Positions 9,485 through 18,035 of a stretch of 64,000 nucleotides of DNA are shown here, in pieces. Location: positions 6,127 through 70,126 of the forward strand of contig JAYFNX010000015.1 in NCBI GenBank assembly GCA_034933245.1, read 5' to 3'. Positions within the stretch are counted from its first letter, which is position 1, and every line of letters starts with the position of its first letter. A program made the translations under genes and the position numbers. This stretch comes from Candidatus Pelethousia sp. Lineage in GTDB: Bacteria; Bacillota; Clostridia; Christensenellales; CAG-138. Under the pieces are notes generated by a model. The model searched no databases. It saw nothing but the letters and a program-made list of their open reading frames with translations, and was not told the origin of the DNA.

Positions 9485-11607
9485 GGCTTTTTCTCCTCCG
9501 GATATTCAATCCGGTCATGCATGATCCCGCTGAAGGTACGTAAAAAGCTCCGCTCGATCTCGCTCAACTCATGGAAAGTAAGCGGCGCGTTGGAAAGCAG
9601 ATTTTCCGAGCCTTCCGTAAGCTTGCTCCAGAGCACCTTATGCACCATTTCTTCCCGTGCTTCCTTTGTGCATTCTCCCAGGCTTCGTACCGCCGCCTCG
9701 CAGCAATCCGCCAGCATTACGATGGCCCCTTCCTTCGTGCCCGGACGGTTGCCTGGATATCGGAATTTCTTGGAATCCACGCCTTCGCCGCCGCTCATCT
9801 GCTGGGCCTTATGATAAAAATAGGCCACCAGGGAATTGCCGTGATGCTCCGCCGCAATGCGGATTACGGCGCTGGGCATCTTATTTTTAGCCAGAATAAT
9901 CGCCCCATCCTTTTGGTGGGAGATGATGATGGCCGCGCTTTCCTCCGGCGGCAGCGTATCGTGTATGTTCTCGCCCTGTTGGTTTTCCATGAAATAAAGG
10001 GGGCGCCTCAGCTTCCCAGCATCGTGGTACCAGCCGCCCACCCGTGCCAGCAGGGGGTCCGCCCCCACCCGCTCCGCGGCGCTCTCCGCCAGGGCAGCCA
10101 CATTCATGCTGTGCTGATAGGTCCCCGGCGCTTCATACATGAGCTGCTTGAGAAGGGGATGGCTTGTGTTAAGCAATTCGTTAAGCCGGGCCGGCGTCGC
10201 GATGTCGAACAGGTTCTCCCAAATGCTCAGGGAACCCACCACAAGCAAGCCGGAAAGCACCGCGCTCAAAAGGGCCCATGCAGCATCCGTAAGCAGCACG
10301 GGAAGGGTTGCATTCTCAATTAAATAGGCCGCTATCATGCAAACGGAGCCCAGGGCGCCGCCCACGGCCGCCGCCGCGATGATAGCGCCGCGAGTTTGCA
10401 CCCGGCGAAGCGCGAAGGTTGCGCCCATGCCGGCGGTGAGGGTAAATAGCAGCATCGCGCAGGCGTCAAAGCCAAATGGGCTTCCCGGCTGGGATGCCAG
10501 CATGGCCGCCAGCAGCGATAGAAGAACCGAAACGGCCAAGCCGATCCGCTCGCTTACCAGGATGGCCACCAGCATGGCGACCAGGGGCATGGGGGAAATA
10601 TGCAAATCCACCATGTTACAAACGAGGGCCAAAGGCGGCGCAGCGATGAGCAGCAGGGCCAAAATGAGAATCCGCTTGAAGTCATGGTATACCTGCCGCT
10701 GTAAAGTATAAAGATCCACCCAAAATAGAGCGTAAATCAGCACCACGTAGATGGCCAGGCCGACTCGCGCAGGCCCATCCTGCCCCTCGCCCCGGACCAT
10801 ATCCATCTCCCGCAGCAGAGCCATCTGTTCGCTCGTTACCGCTGCCCCTTGCCGAACGATTATATCCCCCCGTTTGATTTGAACCGGTTCCACCGCAGCA
10901 GCGGCCTGCGTTCGGGCTGCTTCGGTGGCAGCCTCGTCCACGGCGTATGTAGGCTGGAGGTAAGCCGTGAGGGCAAGGATACCCGTCCGCTTAAGTCCGG
11001 CGCTTAGGCTGGTGGATGCGTTTACTTCCGCAATGGCGGCGCTGCGGACCTTATCCACGCCCGCCTCTGCCAGCCCGCCCGAAAGGGCTGTGCTAAGCTT
11101 GGGCAGAATAATTTCCCGCAGCATGGTGAGTTCGCTTTCCTTTGCCGTCAAAATCCCTTCAAGCGCCGCCTTATCCAATGCGGGAGTCATGCCATTGCCC
11201 AAGGATGCCACCGTTTCCTCCGTGAGGAGGGCGTCCCAATCGGCTTCCTCCAAGGCATGCCCCTGGGCCAGATTTTGCGCCTTGGCCCGAACATCCGTCA
11301 GGCTTTCAAAGAAAGACACGGCTCCGGCCTCCAGCGTGTCCACGGCATCGCCGTCAATGCGGTACGTAGGCTGCACGGCGTCCCTTGCGCTTTTGCGCAA
11401 GGCCTCTGTAGCCGTGTCGTCATCCATGTTGCGGTTCGCGCGGATGGTTTCCGGGACGGCAACCCCTTCCTGCACGGTATACCGCTTGGGGGTAATGCAA
11501 GCGAGGCCCGATGCATAGGCCGAAAGAACGGCCAGAATGAGCAGCAGTGCCATCACCAGGCTCATATAGGCCGCCGGTTTTGCTTTCTTCTCCCGCGCCT
11601 TTGCCAT
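9481..11607 (-). CDS. pgpH: 7TM-HD phosphohydrolase (YqfF/PgpH-like, c-di-AMP phosphodiesterase family)
   Basis: Extracellular domain, 7TM block, APGTYQHS, YHDAGK, YFMENQ, EHHG, MLADCCEAA; conserved phoH-yqfF-ybeY order. Confidence 0.85.
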   Translation of the reverse strand: MAKAREKKAKPAAYMSLVMALLLILAVLSAYASGLACITPKRYTVQEGVAVPETIRANRNMDDDTATEALRKSARDAVQPTYRIDGDAVDTLEAGAVSFFESLTDVRAKAQNLAQGHALEEADWDALLTEETVASLGNGMTPALDKAALEGILTAKESELTMLREIILPKLSTALSGGLAEAGVDKVRSAAIAEVNASTSLSAGLKRTGILALTAYLQPTYAVDEAATEAARTQAAAAVEPVQIKRGDIIVRQGAAVTSEQMALLREMDMVRGEGQDGPARVGLAIYVVLIYALFWVDLYTLQRQVYHDFKRILILALLLIAAPPLALVCNMVDLHISPMPLVAMLVAILVSERIGLAVSVLLSLLAAMLASQPGSPFGFDACAMLLFTLTAGMGATFALRRVQTRGAIIAAAAVGGALGSVCMIAAYLIENATLPVLLTDAAWALLSAVLSGLLVVGSLSIWENLFDIATPARLNELLNTSHPLLKQLMYEAPGTYQHSMNVAALAESAAERVGADPLLARVGGWYHDAGKLRRPLYFMENQQGENIHDTLPPEESAAIIISHQKDGAIILAKNKMPSAVIRIAAEHHGNSLVAYFYHKAQQMSGGEGVDSKKFRYPGNRPGTKEGAIVMLADCCEAAVRSLGECTKEAREEMVHKVLWSKLTEGSENLLSNAPLTFHELSEIERSFLRTFSGIMHDRIEYPEEKKP

Positions 11608-11624
11608 ATCCGGCCTCCTTTTCT

Positions 11625-12641
11625 TTAGTCTTGGCTATGTGGCCTCCCGGACTCCGCCCGATCATAGGCCCGAATAATGCGTTGCACCATTTCATGGCGC
11701 ACCACATCCTTATGGGTAAGGTACACCTGGCTGATTCCCTCCACATCCCGCAGCACGTCCAATGCGTGAACCAGCCCGCTCTTTCGCTCCCTGGGAAGGT
11801 CGATTTGTGTAATATCCCCGGTAACCACCACCCTGGAGCCTTCCCCGAAACGAGTCAGAAACATCTTCATTTGCTCGCAGGTGCAGTTCTGCGCCTCGTC
11901 AAGAATGATGAAGGCGTCGTTCAGCGTCCGGCCCCGCATATAAGCCAGGGGAGCGACTTCGATAGCCCCGCGCTCCACAAGCTGGTGGAAATTTTCAGAG
12001 CCCAGAAAATCGTATAGCGCGTCATACAGGGGGCGGAGATACGGATCCACCTTGTTTTGCAGATCGCCAGGCAAAAAGCCCAGTTTTTCTCCGGCTTCCA
12101 CTGCGGGCCTCGTGAGAATTATCTTTTCCACCTCTTTATTTTTAAAGGCCAGCACCGCCATGGCTACGGCCAAATAGGTCTTTCCCGTACCCGCCGGGCC
12201 CACGCCGAATACTACCGTATGGCGTTTGAGGGCGGAAACATACTTTTTCTGGCCCAGGGTTTTGCACTTAATGCGCCGCCCCTTATTGGTAAAGGCCACA
12301 ACATCGTCCAGCAGCTCCAGGATAAGCTCCGCATTGCCTTCCTTTGCTAAATCCACCGCATAGCGGATGCGGCTGCGGTCGATGTTTTCGCCCCGGCGCA
12401 GAATGCTGAGAAGTTTATCCATCACGGCATAAGCAAGGGACGCCGCCGTCTCCTCCCCGGTAATGCGGATGCTTCCCCCATCCGTTTTAATGATAGCGCC
12501 CGTTTCCTGCTGGATAATGCTCAGGTTCTCGTCAAAAACGCCAAAGAGGCGGAGAACCTCGTCCATACTCTCAACGGCAAGCTCGTATTGATGCGGCGCA
12601 CGAACTTGTTCTGTGTCCAATGCTTGGTCAAAATCATTCAT
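11625..12641 (-). CDS. phoH: PhoH-family ATPase
   Basis: GPAGTGKT, RPAVEAGE, LGFLPG, YMRGRTL, DEAQN; start set at ATG12641, overlapping the yqfD stop. Confidence 0.95.
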   Translation of the reverse strand: MNDFDQALDTEQVRAPHQYELAVESMDEVLRLFGVFDENLSIIQQETGAIIKTDGGSIRITGEETAASLAYAVMDKLLSILRRGENIDRSRIRYAVDLAKEGNAELILELLDDVVAFTNKGRRIKCKTLGQKKYVSALKRHTVVFGVGPAGTGKTYLAVAMAVLAFKNKEVEKIILTRPAVEAGEKLGFLPGDLQNKVDPYLRPLYDALYDFLGSENFHQLVERGAIEVAPLAYMRGRTLNDAFIILDEAQNCTCEQMKMFLTRFGEGSRVVVTGDITQIDLPRERKSGLVHALDVLRDVEGISQVYLTHKDVVRHEMVQRIIRAYDRAESGRPHSQD

Positions 12642-13791
12642 CTTCGGCATGCAATGCTCCGCTCTGTGCGATATTTTCTTCAGCAATGACGTTCAAAATA
12701 ACCGTCACGCCCGTTTCATCCGTTTGCTGCTCGCTTTGGACCGAAAGGATGCGGGCACTATGGTCCACGCCCTGGTCCAAAAGGTTTTGTGCCCCCGCCT
12801 GCGCAAGAGGCAGCAGCTCGGCCTCCGTAAGGATGCGGGGCTGATCCGCCAGCTCATGGCATGTGATCGTTACCACCTGTATGGGCAAACCTGCAGGCAA
12901 TGTATATTCCGTCCCCCGCTCCTGCTCATACGTGGAGAAAGGAATGGAGGGCGAAGGCAGGCAATGGCCCCGCAAGCTCAGCTCCGTATAGGTAAACACG
13001 TTGCCGTTGCGGCTGGGAAGAACCTGCTCGTAAGGCGCCGTATACGAAAAACGGTAAAGCACCCTGGCAACGGCTTCTCCCCGTGCCTGCACGGCGATGC
13101 CGTTTCCCAAATTGCCGGTGATGAGTTCCTGCCCTTTGAGTACCGCGTCCCCGGCGTTAAACAGGGCTTTCCCGGAAAGGGGCGTAATGCGCCGGAGCAC
13201 ACCGTCCTTGGCCGCATAGAGGCTTTGGGGTTCCCCAACCTCCAGCACCTGCGGCGTTTCGCTGGCTTCCCGGATGGAAATCTGCAGCACCACCCCGTAA
13301 AGCTCCGCGCCCGCCCATGCGATGCGCGAGTCCGTAGCCATCACAGCTTGCCCCAGGCCGCTGGTGGTGATGCTGCCCCGGCGGATGCCGGGGTGAATGC
13401 CCATCGCATCCAATGTTTGAACGATCTGCTCCTCGCGCACCTTATCGCATCCCTCGATGCGCAAAAACCAGATGAAGCGGGAGGCAACCAACAAAGCCGC
13501 CAAAACCAAAAGCCAGCCAAAGGCCATTACCTTGCGAAAGCGCATCCTGGAAAGGACAATGGGCAAGCCGTGTTTTTCCAAAATCCGAATGCGACAATGC
13601 AGGCCCCGGTTGAGTTTATGAAGGGCATAGAAGCTCTCCACGCTCACATAGGCGGATATGGTATTCCGCCCTGTACGGGAGACTTCCCAAATCTCCAGCC
13701 CTTCCCGAAGCGCCCGGTTAACGAAACGCTCCAGGCCTGTGCCTTCAACCTGTATCATAACATATCCCGCAAGAGAATTCCACATATCCAC
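12634..13791 (-). CDS. yqfD: sporulation protein YqfD
   Basis: GYVMIQVEG..ERFVN, GLP, one TM helix, IWFLRIEG, AAKDGV; yqfC-yqfD-phoH synteny. Confidence 0.9.
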   Translation of the reverse strand: MDMWNSLAGYVMIQVEGTGLERFVNRALREGLEIWEVSRTGRNTISAYVSVESFYALHKLNRGLHCRIRILEKHGLPIVLSRMRFRKVMAFGWLLVLAALLVASRFIWFLRIEGCDKVREEQIVQTLDAMGIHPGIRRGSITTSGLGQAVMATDSRIAWAGAELYGVVLQISIREASETPQVLEVGEPQSLYAAKDGVLRRITPLSGKALFNAGDAVLKGQELITGNLGNGIAVQARGEAVARVLYRFSYTAPYEQVLPSRNGNVFTYTELSLRGHCLPSPSIPFSTYEQERGTEYTLPAGLPIQVVTITCHELADQPRILTEAELLPLAQAGAQNLLDQGVDHSARILSVQSEQQTDETGVTVILNVIAEENIAQSGALHAEDE

Positions 13792-13831
13792 AGCCGCCTA
13801 CGCTCCCCCCCAGGGTGCTTCACCCAGTTGT

Positions 13832-14140
13832 TTACATTTTATTAACCTTCGTGCCAAGCCCCTCCTCGTAGCGCAGGCTATCCACACGGCCGCTGATATA
13901 AAGTCTTTCGGGTGTGATCTCCAGGAGGGTCAGCGCCTCTCCGGTTATATGAAGCATACCCGCTTTTGTGGAAAGGCATATCTCCTGGGCACGGTATTGG
14001 TAAATGCCCGTATGGTTTTCTATAAGTGCATGCTCTCTTCCCAGCACCGTAAGCTTGGGCGTGCCCGCAGCTTCCTCGGGCAAATCCAAGGCGGATAAAA
14101 GCCGCCTTCCCAGGCGGATACGCCGCTTGTTTTTCTGCAT
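13832..14140 (-). CDS. yqfC: sporulation protein YqfC (YabP/YqfC family)
   Basis: ALDLPEE..PKLTVLG..ALIENHTGI.QY; position upstream of yqfD. Confidence 0.88.
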   Translation of the reverse strand: MQKNKRRIRLGRRLLSALDLPEEAAGTPKLTVLGREHALIENHTGIYQYRAQEICLSTKAGMLHITGEALTLLEITPERLYISGRVDSLRYEEGLGTKVNKM

Positions 14141-14162
14141 AACAAAAGCCCCCATACACGAT

Positions 14163-14191
14163 ATCGTATGCGGGCCTTGCAGCAAATATTT
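14163..14191 (-). promoter_or_regulatory. sigma-E promoter of yqfC-yqfD
   Basis: Minus strand AAATATT-14-CATACGAT, matching the mother-cell sigma-E consensus. Confidence 0.65.
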
Positions 14192-14198
14192 TAACGCC

Positions 14199-14486
14199 TT
14201 ATTCCGTTCCTTCCGCCAACTCTTCCATTAAATCCAGAAAGTGGTCGAACACTTCGTTGAGAAGCACCTCGCTATCAAGGGTGGCATAGGTTTCTTCCCC
14301 GTCCTTTTCCACGACCTTCAGAAGAACGACCTCGGCCTCATCCGCTTCGGCGTCCGTCCCTTCCTCTAGAGGGGAGAGGGCGATATACCTTTCTTTTTCA
14401 TACAGAAAGGTCAGAATGTGTTCAAACCGTACGGGTTCCCCCGCTTCGTCCAGTAGAACCACTTCGTCCATACGCTCGTTATCCAT
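14199..14486 (-). CDS. DUF1292 family protein
   Basis: Acidic small protein (VVLLDEAGEPVRFE...YIAL.P); ireB-ruvX-DUF1292 synteny. Confidence 0.85.
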   Translation of the reverse strand: MDNERMDEVVLLDEAGEPVRFEHILTFLYEKERYIALSPLEEGTDAEADEAEVVLLKVVEKDGEETYATLDSEVLLNEVFDHFLDLMEELAEGTE

Positions 14487-14504
14487 GCCGCGCTTCTCCT
14501 TCAT

Positions 14505-14927
14505 TTATAACTTGGGGCTGGTCGCGAGATATCCTTGCAGGATCACCACGGCCGCAACCTTGTCTACCACCTTGCGGCGTTGCTGCCAGGTGAGCTCCGC
14601 CTCGCATAAAGCCCGTTCTGCAGCCACGGTCGTAAGCCGCTCGTCATAAAAATCATGCTCGCCCGTAAATCCTTGAAGCACCAGATCGGCAAACGCGCGC
14701 ACTTTCTCGCTCTGGAAGCCGTAAGATCCGTCCATATTCCGGGGCAATCCAAAGAGCAACCGCACCGGCGCATACTTTTCAGCCAAGCGGCGAAGATAGG
14801 CGGCGTCTTCCGCATCGTCCCCGGTGCGCACATAAGTCTCAAGCCCCTGGGCCGTTAGGCCCAGGGGATCGCTCACGGCGACGCCGATGCGTTTATCCCC
14901 TACATCTAAAGCGAGAACACGCCGCAT
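14505..14927 (-). CDS. ruvX: YqgF/RuvX nuclease
   Basis: LALDVGDKRIGVAVSD, GLP.NMDG, DERLTT, VDKVAA..ILQ.YL. Confidence 0.96.
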   Translation of the reverse strand: MRRVLALDVGDKRIGVAVSDPLGLTAQGLETYVRTGDDAEDAAYLRRLAEKYAPVRLLFGLPRNMDGSYGFQSEKVRAFADLVLQGFTGEHDFYDERLTTVAAERALCEAELTWQQRRKVVDKVAAVVILQGYLATSPKL

Positions 14928-14929
14928 AA

Positions 14930-15193
14930 TTAATCCCCTTCATGGGCTTCTACATAGAAGCGTACCAGTTCTTCCAAAAGCTCATCCCTTTCCAGCATGC
15001 GGATCAGGTATCGAGCATTGTTATAGCTGGTGATGTATGTCGGATCGCCGGAGATGAGGTACCCTACGATCTGGTTCACAGGATCATACCCCTTTTCCTC
15101 CATGGCGGTGTAGACCTGCATAATCACGTCGCTGGCCTTGCTCTTTTCTTTTTCCAAGCGGAAATGCATGGTTTCATTGGTTCCATCGGCCAC
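14930..15193 (-). CDS. ireB: IreB (UPF0297) regulatory phosphoprotein
   Basis: [38 protein letters not shown]; GTG start behind an AGAGGGGG RBS. Confidence 0.92.
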   Translation of the reverse strand: MADGTNETMHFRLEKEKSKASDVIMQVYTAMEEKGYDPVNQIVGYLISGDPTYITSYNNARYLIRMLERDELLEELVRFYVEAHEGD

Positions 15194-15341
15194 GCGGCTC
15201 ACCCCCTCTTCGGTATCTGTTCCCAGTATACCCTGCTTTGCCATTTTTTTCAATCGTGTTCCCCTGTTCATTCCAAAAAAAGAAGGCCAGCACCGGGGCG
15301 ACTTCCTGTAGTAAACGCCCCCTGCCGGCCTGCCCCTTTGC

Positions 15342-15500
15342 TCAGTTAAACATGCCGTTCACCATACGCCTGCCATAACGCACAGCGCGGCGGGAATCAC
15401 GAGCCATACGGCGGGCCACATCCGGATAAATGGCCGTAACTGCCATATAGCCCGCGGCCGCCCCTGCCACCACGCCGAGCATAACGGGAAATGCTTTCAT
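15342..15500 (-). CDS. small membrane protein (52 aa), not in the ORF track
   Basis: RBS AAGGAAGGAG then ATG: [52 protein letters not shown]; Gly/Ala-rich TM helix and basic tail (YtxH/DUF3918-like); followed by a hairpin and T-tract at about 15275-15335. Confidence 0.7.
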   Translation of the reverse strand: MKAFPVMLGVVAGAAAGYMAVTAIYPDVARRMARDSRRAVRYGRRMVNGMFN

Positions 15501-15568
15501 GCTGCTCACTCCTTCCTTTCATATGGGCTTAGTTTATCCCAAAGGAAAGGATATGCACGTGGTAATTC

Positions 15569-16249
15569 CTACAAGATATGCCTGTGTTTGAGCGCCTCCC
15601 ACGTTTCATTCGCAATCGCATCCGGGGTGCGGAAAATGCCTTTTTCCATGCACCGGATTACCATAATATCTTCCCTGCGCGCCGCGGCTTCCAGGTATTT
15701 AGACCGGGCGCGTTCCTGAATCCCTTGGGAAGCCTCGTATACATCTTTTTCGCACGCCAAATATACCCGGCGACCCTTTTTTAAAACGTTTTCTCCTGCC
15801 TGCTCCGTATCCACATCATAAAAAATAAAAATATCCGCCGGAGGAAGGCCAAAATGGCCGTATTCCAATTCGAAAGTCCAATCGAGGAGATCCGGTTTCC
15901 CCAAGTCGATATCCCGAATGGACTGATAGACACCGTTGCTCAGAACATACCGGTTAATGAGCAGGATGTCCGCCTCTCCATCGGTATAATTTTTCAGGTT
16001 TTCCCACCTATCCAAGGCATACCAAAGAGCCATGGAGCGCCCATCCACCTGGTCCGCCCGCACGCCGCCGCTACCCGAAAGATAGCGGCCTACCTCTGCG
16101 CCGAAATAGCTGCCATATACCGGGTATTCCCGGGTGTCCACCCGCATGCCCGCCTCCCGGCACCGCTGGGCTAATCGGGCAAACTGCACGCTTTTGCCGC
16201 TGCCGTCAATCCCTTCGATGGCAATTACCCTCGTTTTCGTTTCGTTCAT
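15569..16249 (-). CDS. tmk: thymidylate kinase-family protein
   Basis: IAIEGIDGSGKS P-loop, YALDR, INRYVLSN, LPPAD; start at MNETK overlapping the hflX stop. Confidence 0.8.
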   Translation of the reverse strand: MNETKTRVIAIEGIDGSGKSVQFARLAQRCREAGMRVDTREYPVYGSYFGAEVGRYLSGSGGVRADQVDGRSMALWYALDRWENLKNYTDGEADILLINRYVLSNGVYQSIRDIDLGKPDLLDWTFELEYGHFGLPPADIFIFYDVDTEQAGENVLKKGRRVYLACEKDVYEASQGIQERARSKYLEAAARREDIMVIRCMEKGIFRTPDAIANETWEALKHRHIL

Positions 16250-18030
16250 ATTTGCCCTGCCTCCCCCAGAATGCGCCGCAGACGCCACAGGGTATCCTCC
16301 TCGGCCTGAACGCGAAGCCAGGTGCCGGTTTCGTCGTGGCGTTCCTCCAGAATCCGGGCTTCGTCCCGCAAAATGGTCATGGCCTCATATTTATCATAAG
16401 GTACAAAAACCTCCAGCTCCTTGCGTCCGCTGGAAAGCGCTTGCTCCACCGCCGCCAGAAGCCCTTCTATGCCGGCCCCCGTCAGGGCGCTAATAGCCAA
16501 CCCATCCTGGGGGGGCGGGCCTTGCAGCTTATCCGCCTTATTATAAACCCGGATGCTAGGAATATCGCCGGCTTCCAGTTTGGAGAGCACCTCCTCCACC
16601 ACTTCCCGCTGGCTTTCATAATAATCGGAGGAAACATCGATCACATGGAGAATCAGATCCGCCTGACGCACCTCCTCCAAGGTGGATTGAAATGCCTGGA
16701 TAAGGTCATGGGGGAGCTTGTTGATAAAGCCCACGGTATCGCTTAGGAGCACCAGGGTTCCATTGGGCAAAGCAGTCTGGCGAACCACCGGGTCCAGCGT
16801 GGCGAAAAGCTTATTTTCCGCAAGCACCCCCGCCCCGGTAAGCGCGTTGAGCAGGGTGCTCTTCCCGGCGTTTGTATAGCCCACCAACGCGATTCTCGGC
16901 GTGGTATCCTTCTGCCGACGTTCCCGGCGCAGACCCCGCTGTTTCTCTACGGCCTTGAGTTCTTCTCCCAGCTCATAGATGCGCCTGCGGATGCGCCGCT
17001 TGTCGCTTTCCAGTTTGGTTTCGCCCGGTCCCCGTGCAATGGTACCCGCGCCCTGGCGGGAAAGATCCTTTCCTTGCCCAAAGATGCGGGGCAGTTCATA
17101 TTTTAGCTGCGCAAGCTCTACCTGGAGCTTGCCTTCCCGGCTTTTGGCGTGCCGTGCGAATATATCCAAAATAAGGGCCGTGCGGTCGATGACCCGTACG
17201 CCCGTGATATTTTCCAAATTTCGGGATTGCACCGGACTGAGTTCCTCGTCAAAAATCAACAAATCCGCTTCCAGAGCGCTGGCGGAAAGGGAGAGTTCCT
17301 CCGCTTTCCCACTGCCGATATACGTAGCGTTATCGATTTCTCGCTTGCGCTGGGTAGCCCGGCCAACTACTACGGCGCCGGCGGTAGCCGCCAGTTCCCC
17401 CAATTCCGCCAGGGTGTCGTACCCCGCGTCGTTCTCCAGCCCCACCAGAATGGCCCGCTCCGGCTCCGCTTCGCGAACCTCCTTAGTAGCGCTTTTGAGG
17501 CGGTCGTCAGCAAGATAAATCTCTTGCATTAAAGCCTTTTGCGGGAGCTTATTCGGCCGCAAAGGGCCATAAAGCAGAACTTGCCGGGTTCCGTCTTCCT
17601 CCATTTCCCCTAGATACCCTGCGTAAAAGTTCATGGGTTGGCCTTCCGGGCCCACGCCCAGAGCCGCCATGGCATCCAGGCGCATGGAGCGCAAGGTTCC
17701 CGCATCCACGCTGGAAAGGCGGCCATCCCCATTTGGATGGGTATGGATGCAGCGCACGCCGCAAAGCCTGTCCGCATTGCGCACCAAGCGCATATTGGGC
17801 ATGGATACCTTCCCGCTGTCCCCCACGGACACATCCACCACCCGGCCGTCCCTGGCCACGTATACGGATATCTCCCGGGCAATGGTGCCGGTGAATTCGG
17901 CCATGGCACAGAGCAGTTCTGTGGAAGCGAACACGTTCGCTTCCATGCGCAAGTCATAGAGGGCAGCCATGCGCTCCAGCAAAGCTGCCCGAATTCCTTC
18001 TATTTTTCCGTTTATTTTTTGATTTTCCAT
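16246..18030 (-). CDS. hflX: GTPase HflX, long form with N-terminal extension
   Basis: YIGSGK, LILDIF, EGKLQVELAQL, RGPGETKLE, GYTNAGKST, LFATLD, DTVGFI, NKAD; about 190 extra N-terminal residues. Confidence 0.95.
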   Translation of the reverse strand: MENQKINGKIEGIRAALLERMAALYDLRMEANVFASTELLCAMAEFTGTIAREISVYVARDGRVVDVSVGDSGKVSMPNMRLVRNADRLCGVRCIHTHPNGDGRLSSVDAGTLRSMRLDAMAALGVGPEGQPMNFYAGYLGEMEEDGTRQVLLYGPLRPNKLPQKALMQEIYLADDRLKSATKEVREAEPERAILVGLENDAGYDTLAELGELAATAGAVVVGRATQRKREIDNATYIGSGKAEELSLSASALEADLLIFDEELSPVQSRNLENITGVRVIDRTALILDIFARHAKSREGKLQVELAQLKYELPRIFGQGKDLSRQGAGTIARGPGETKLESDKRRIRRRIYELGEELKAVEKQRGLRRERRQKDTTPRIALVGYTNAGKSTLLNALTGAGVLAENKLFATLDPVVRQTALPNGTLVLLSDTVGFINKLPHDLIQAFQSTLEEVRQADLILHVIDVSSDYYESQREVVEEVLSKLEAGDIPSIRVYNKADKLQGPPPQDGLAISALTGAGIEGLLAAVEQALSSGRKELEVFVPYDKYEAMTILRDEARILEERHDETGTWLRVQAEEDTLWRLRRILGEAGQI

Positions 18031-18035
18031 CCGCA

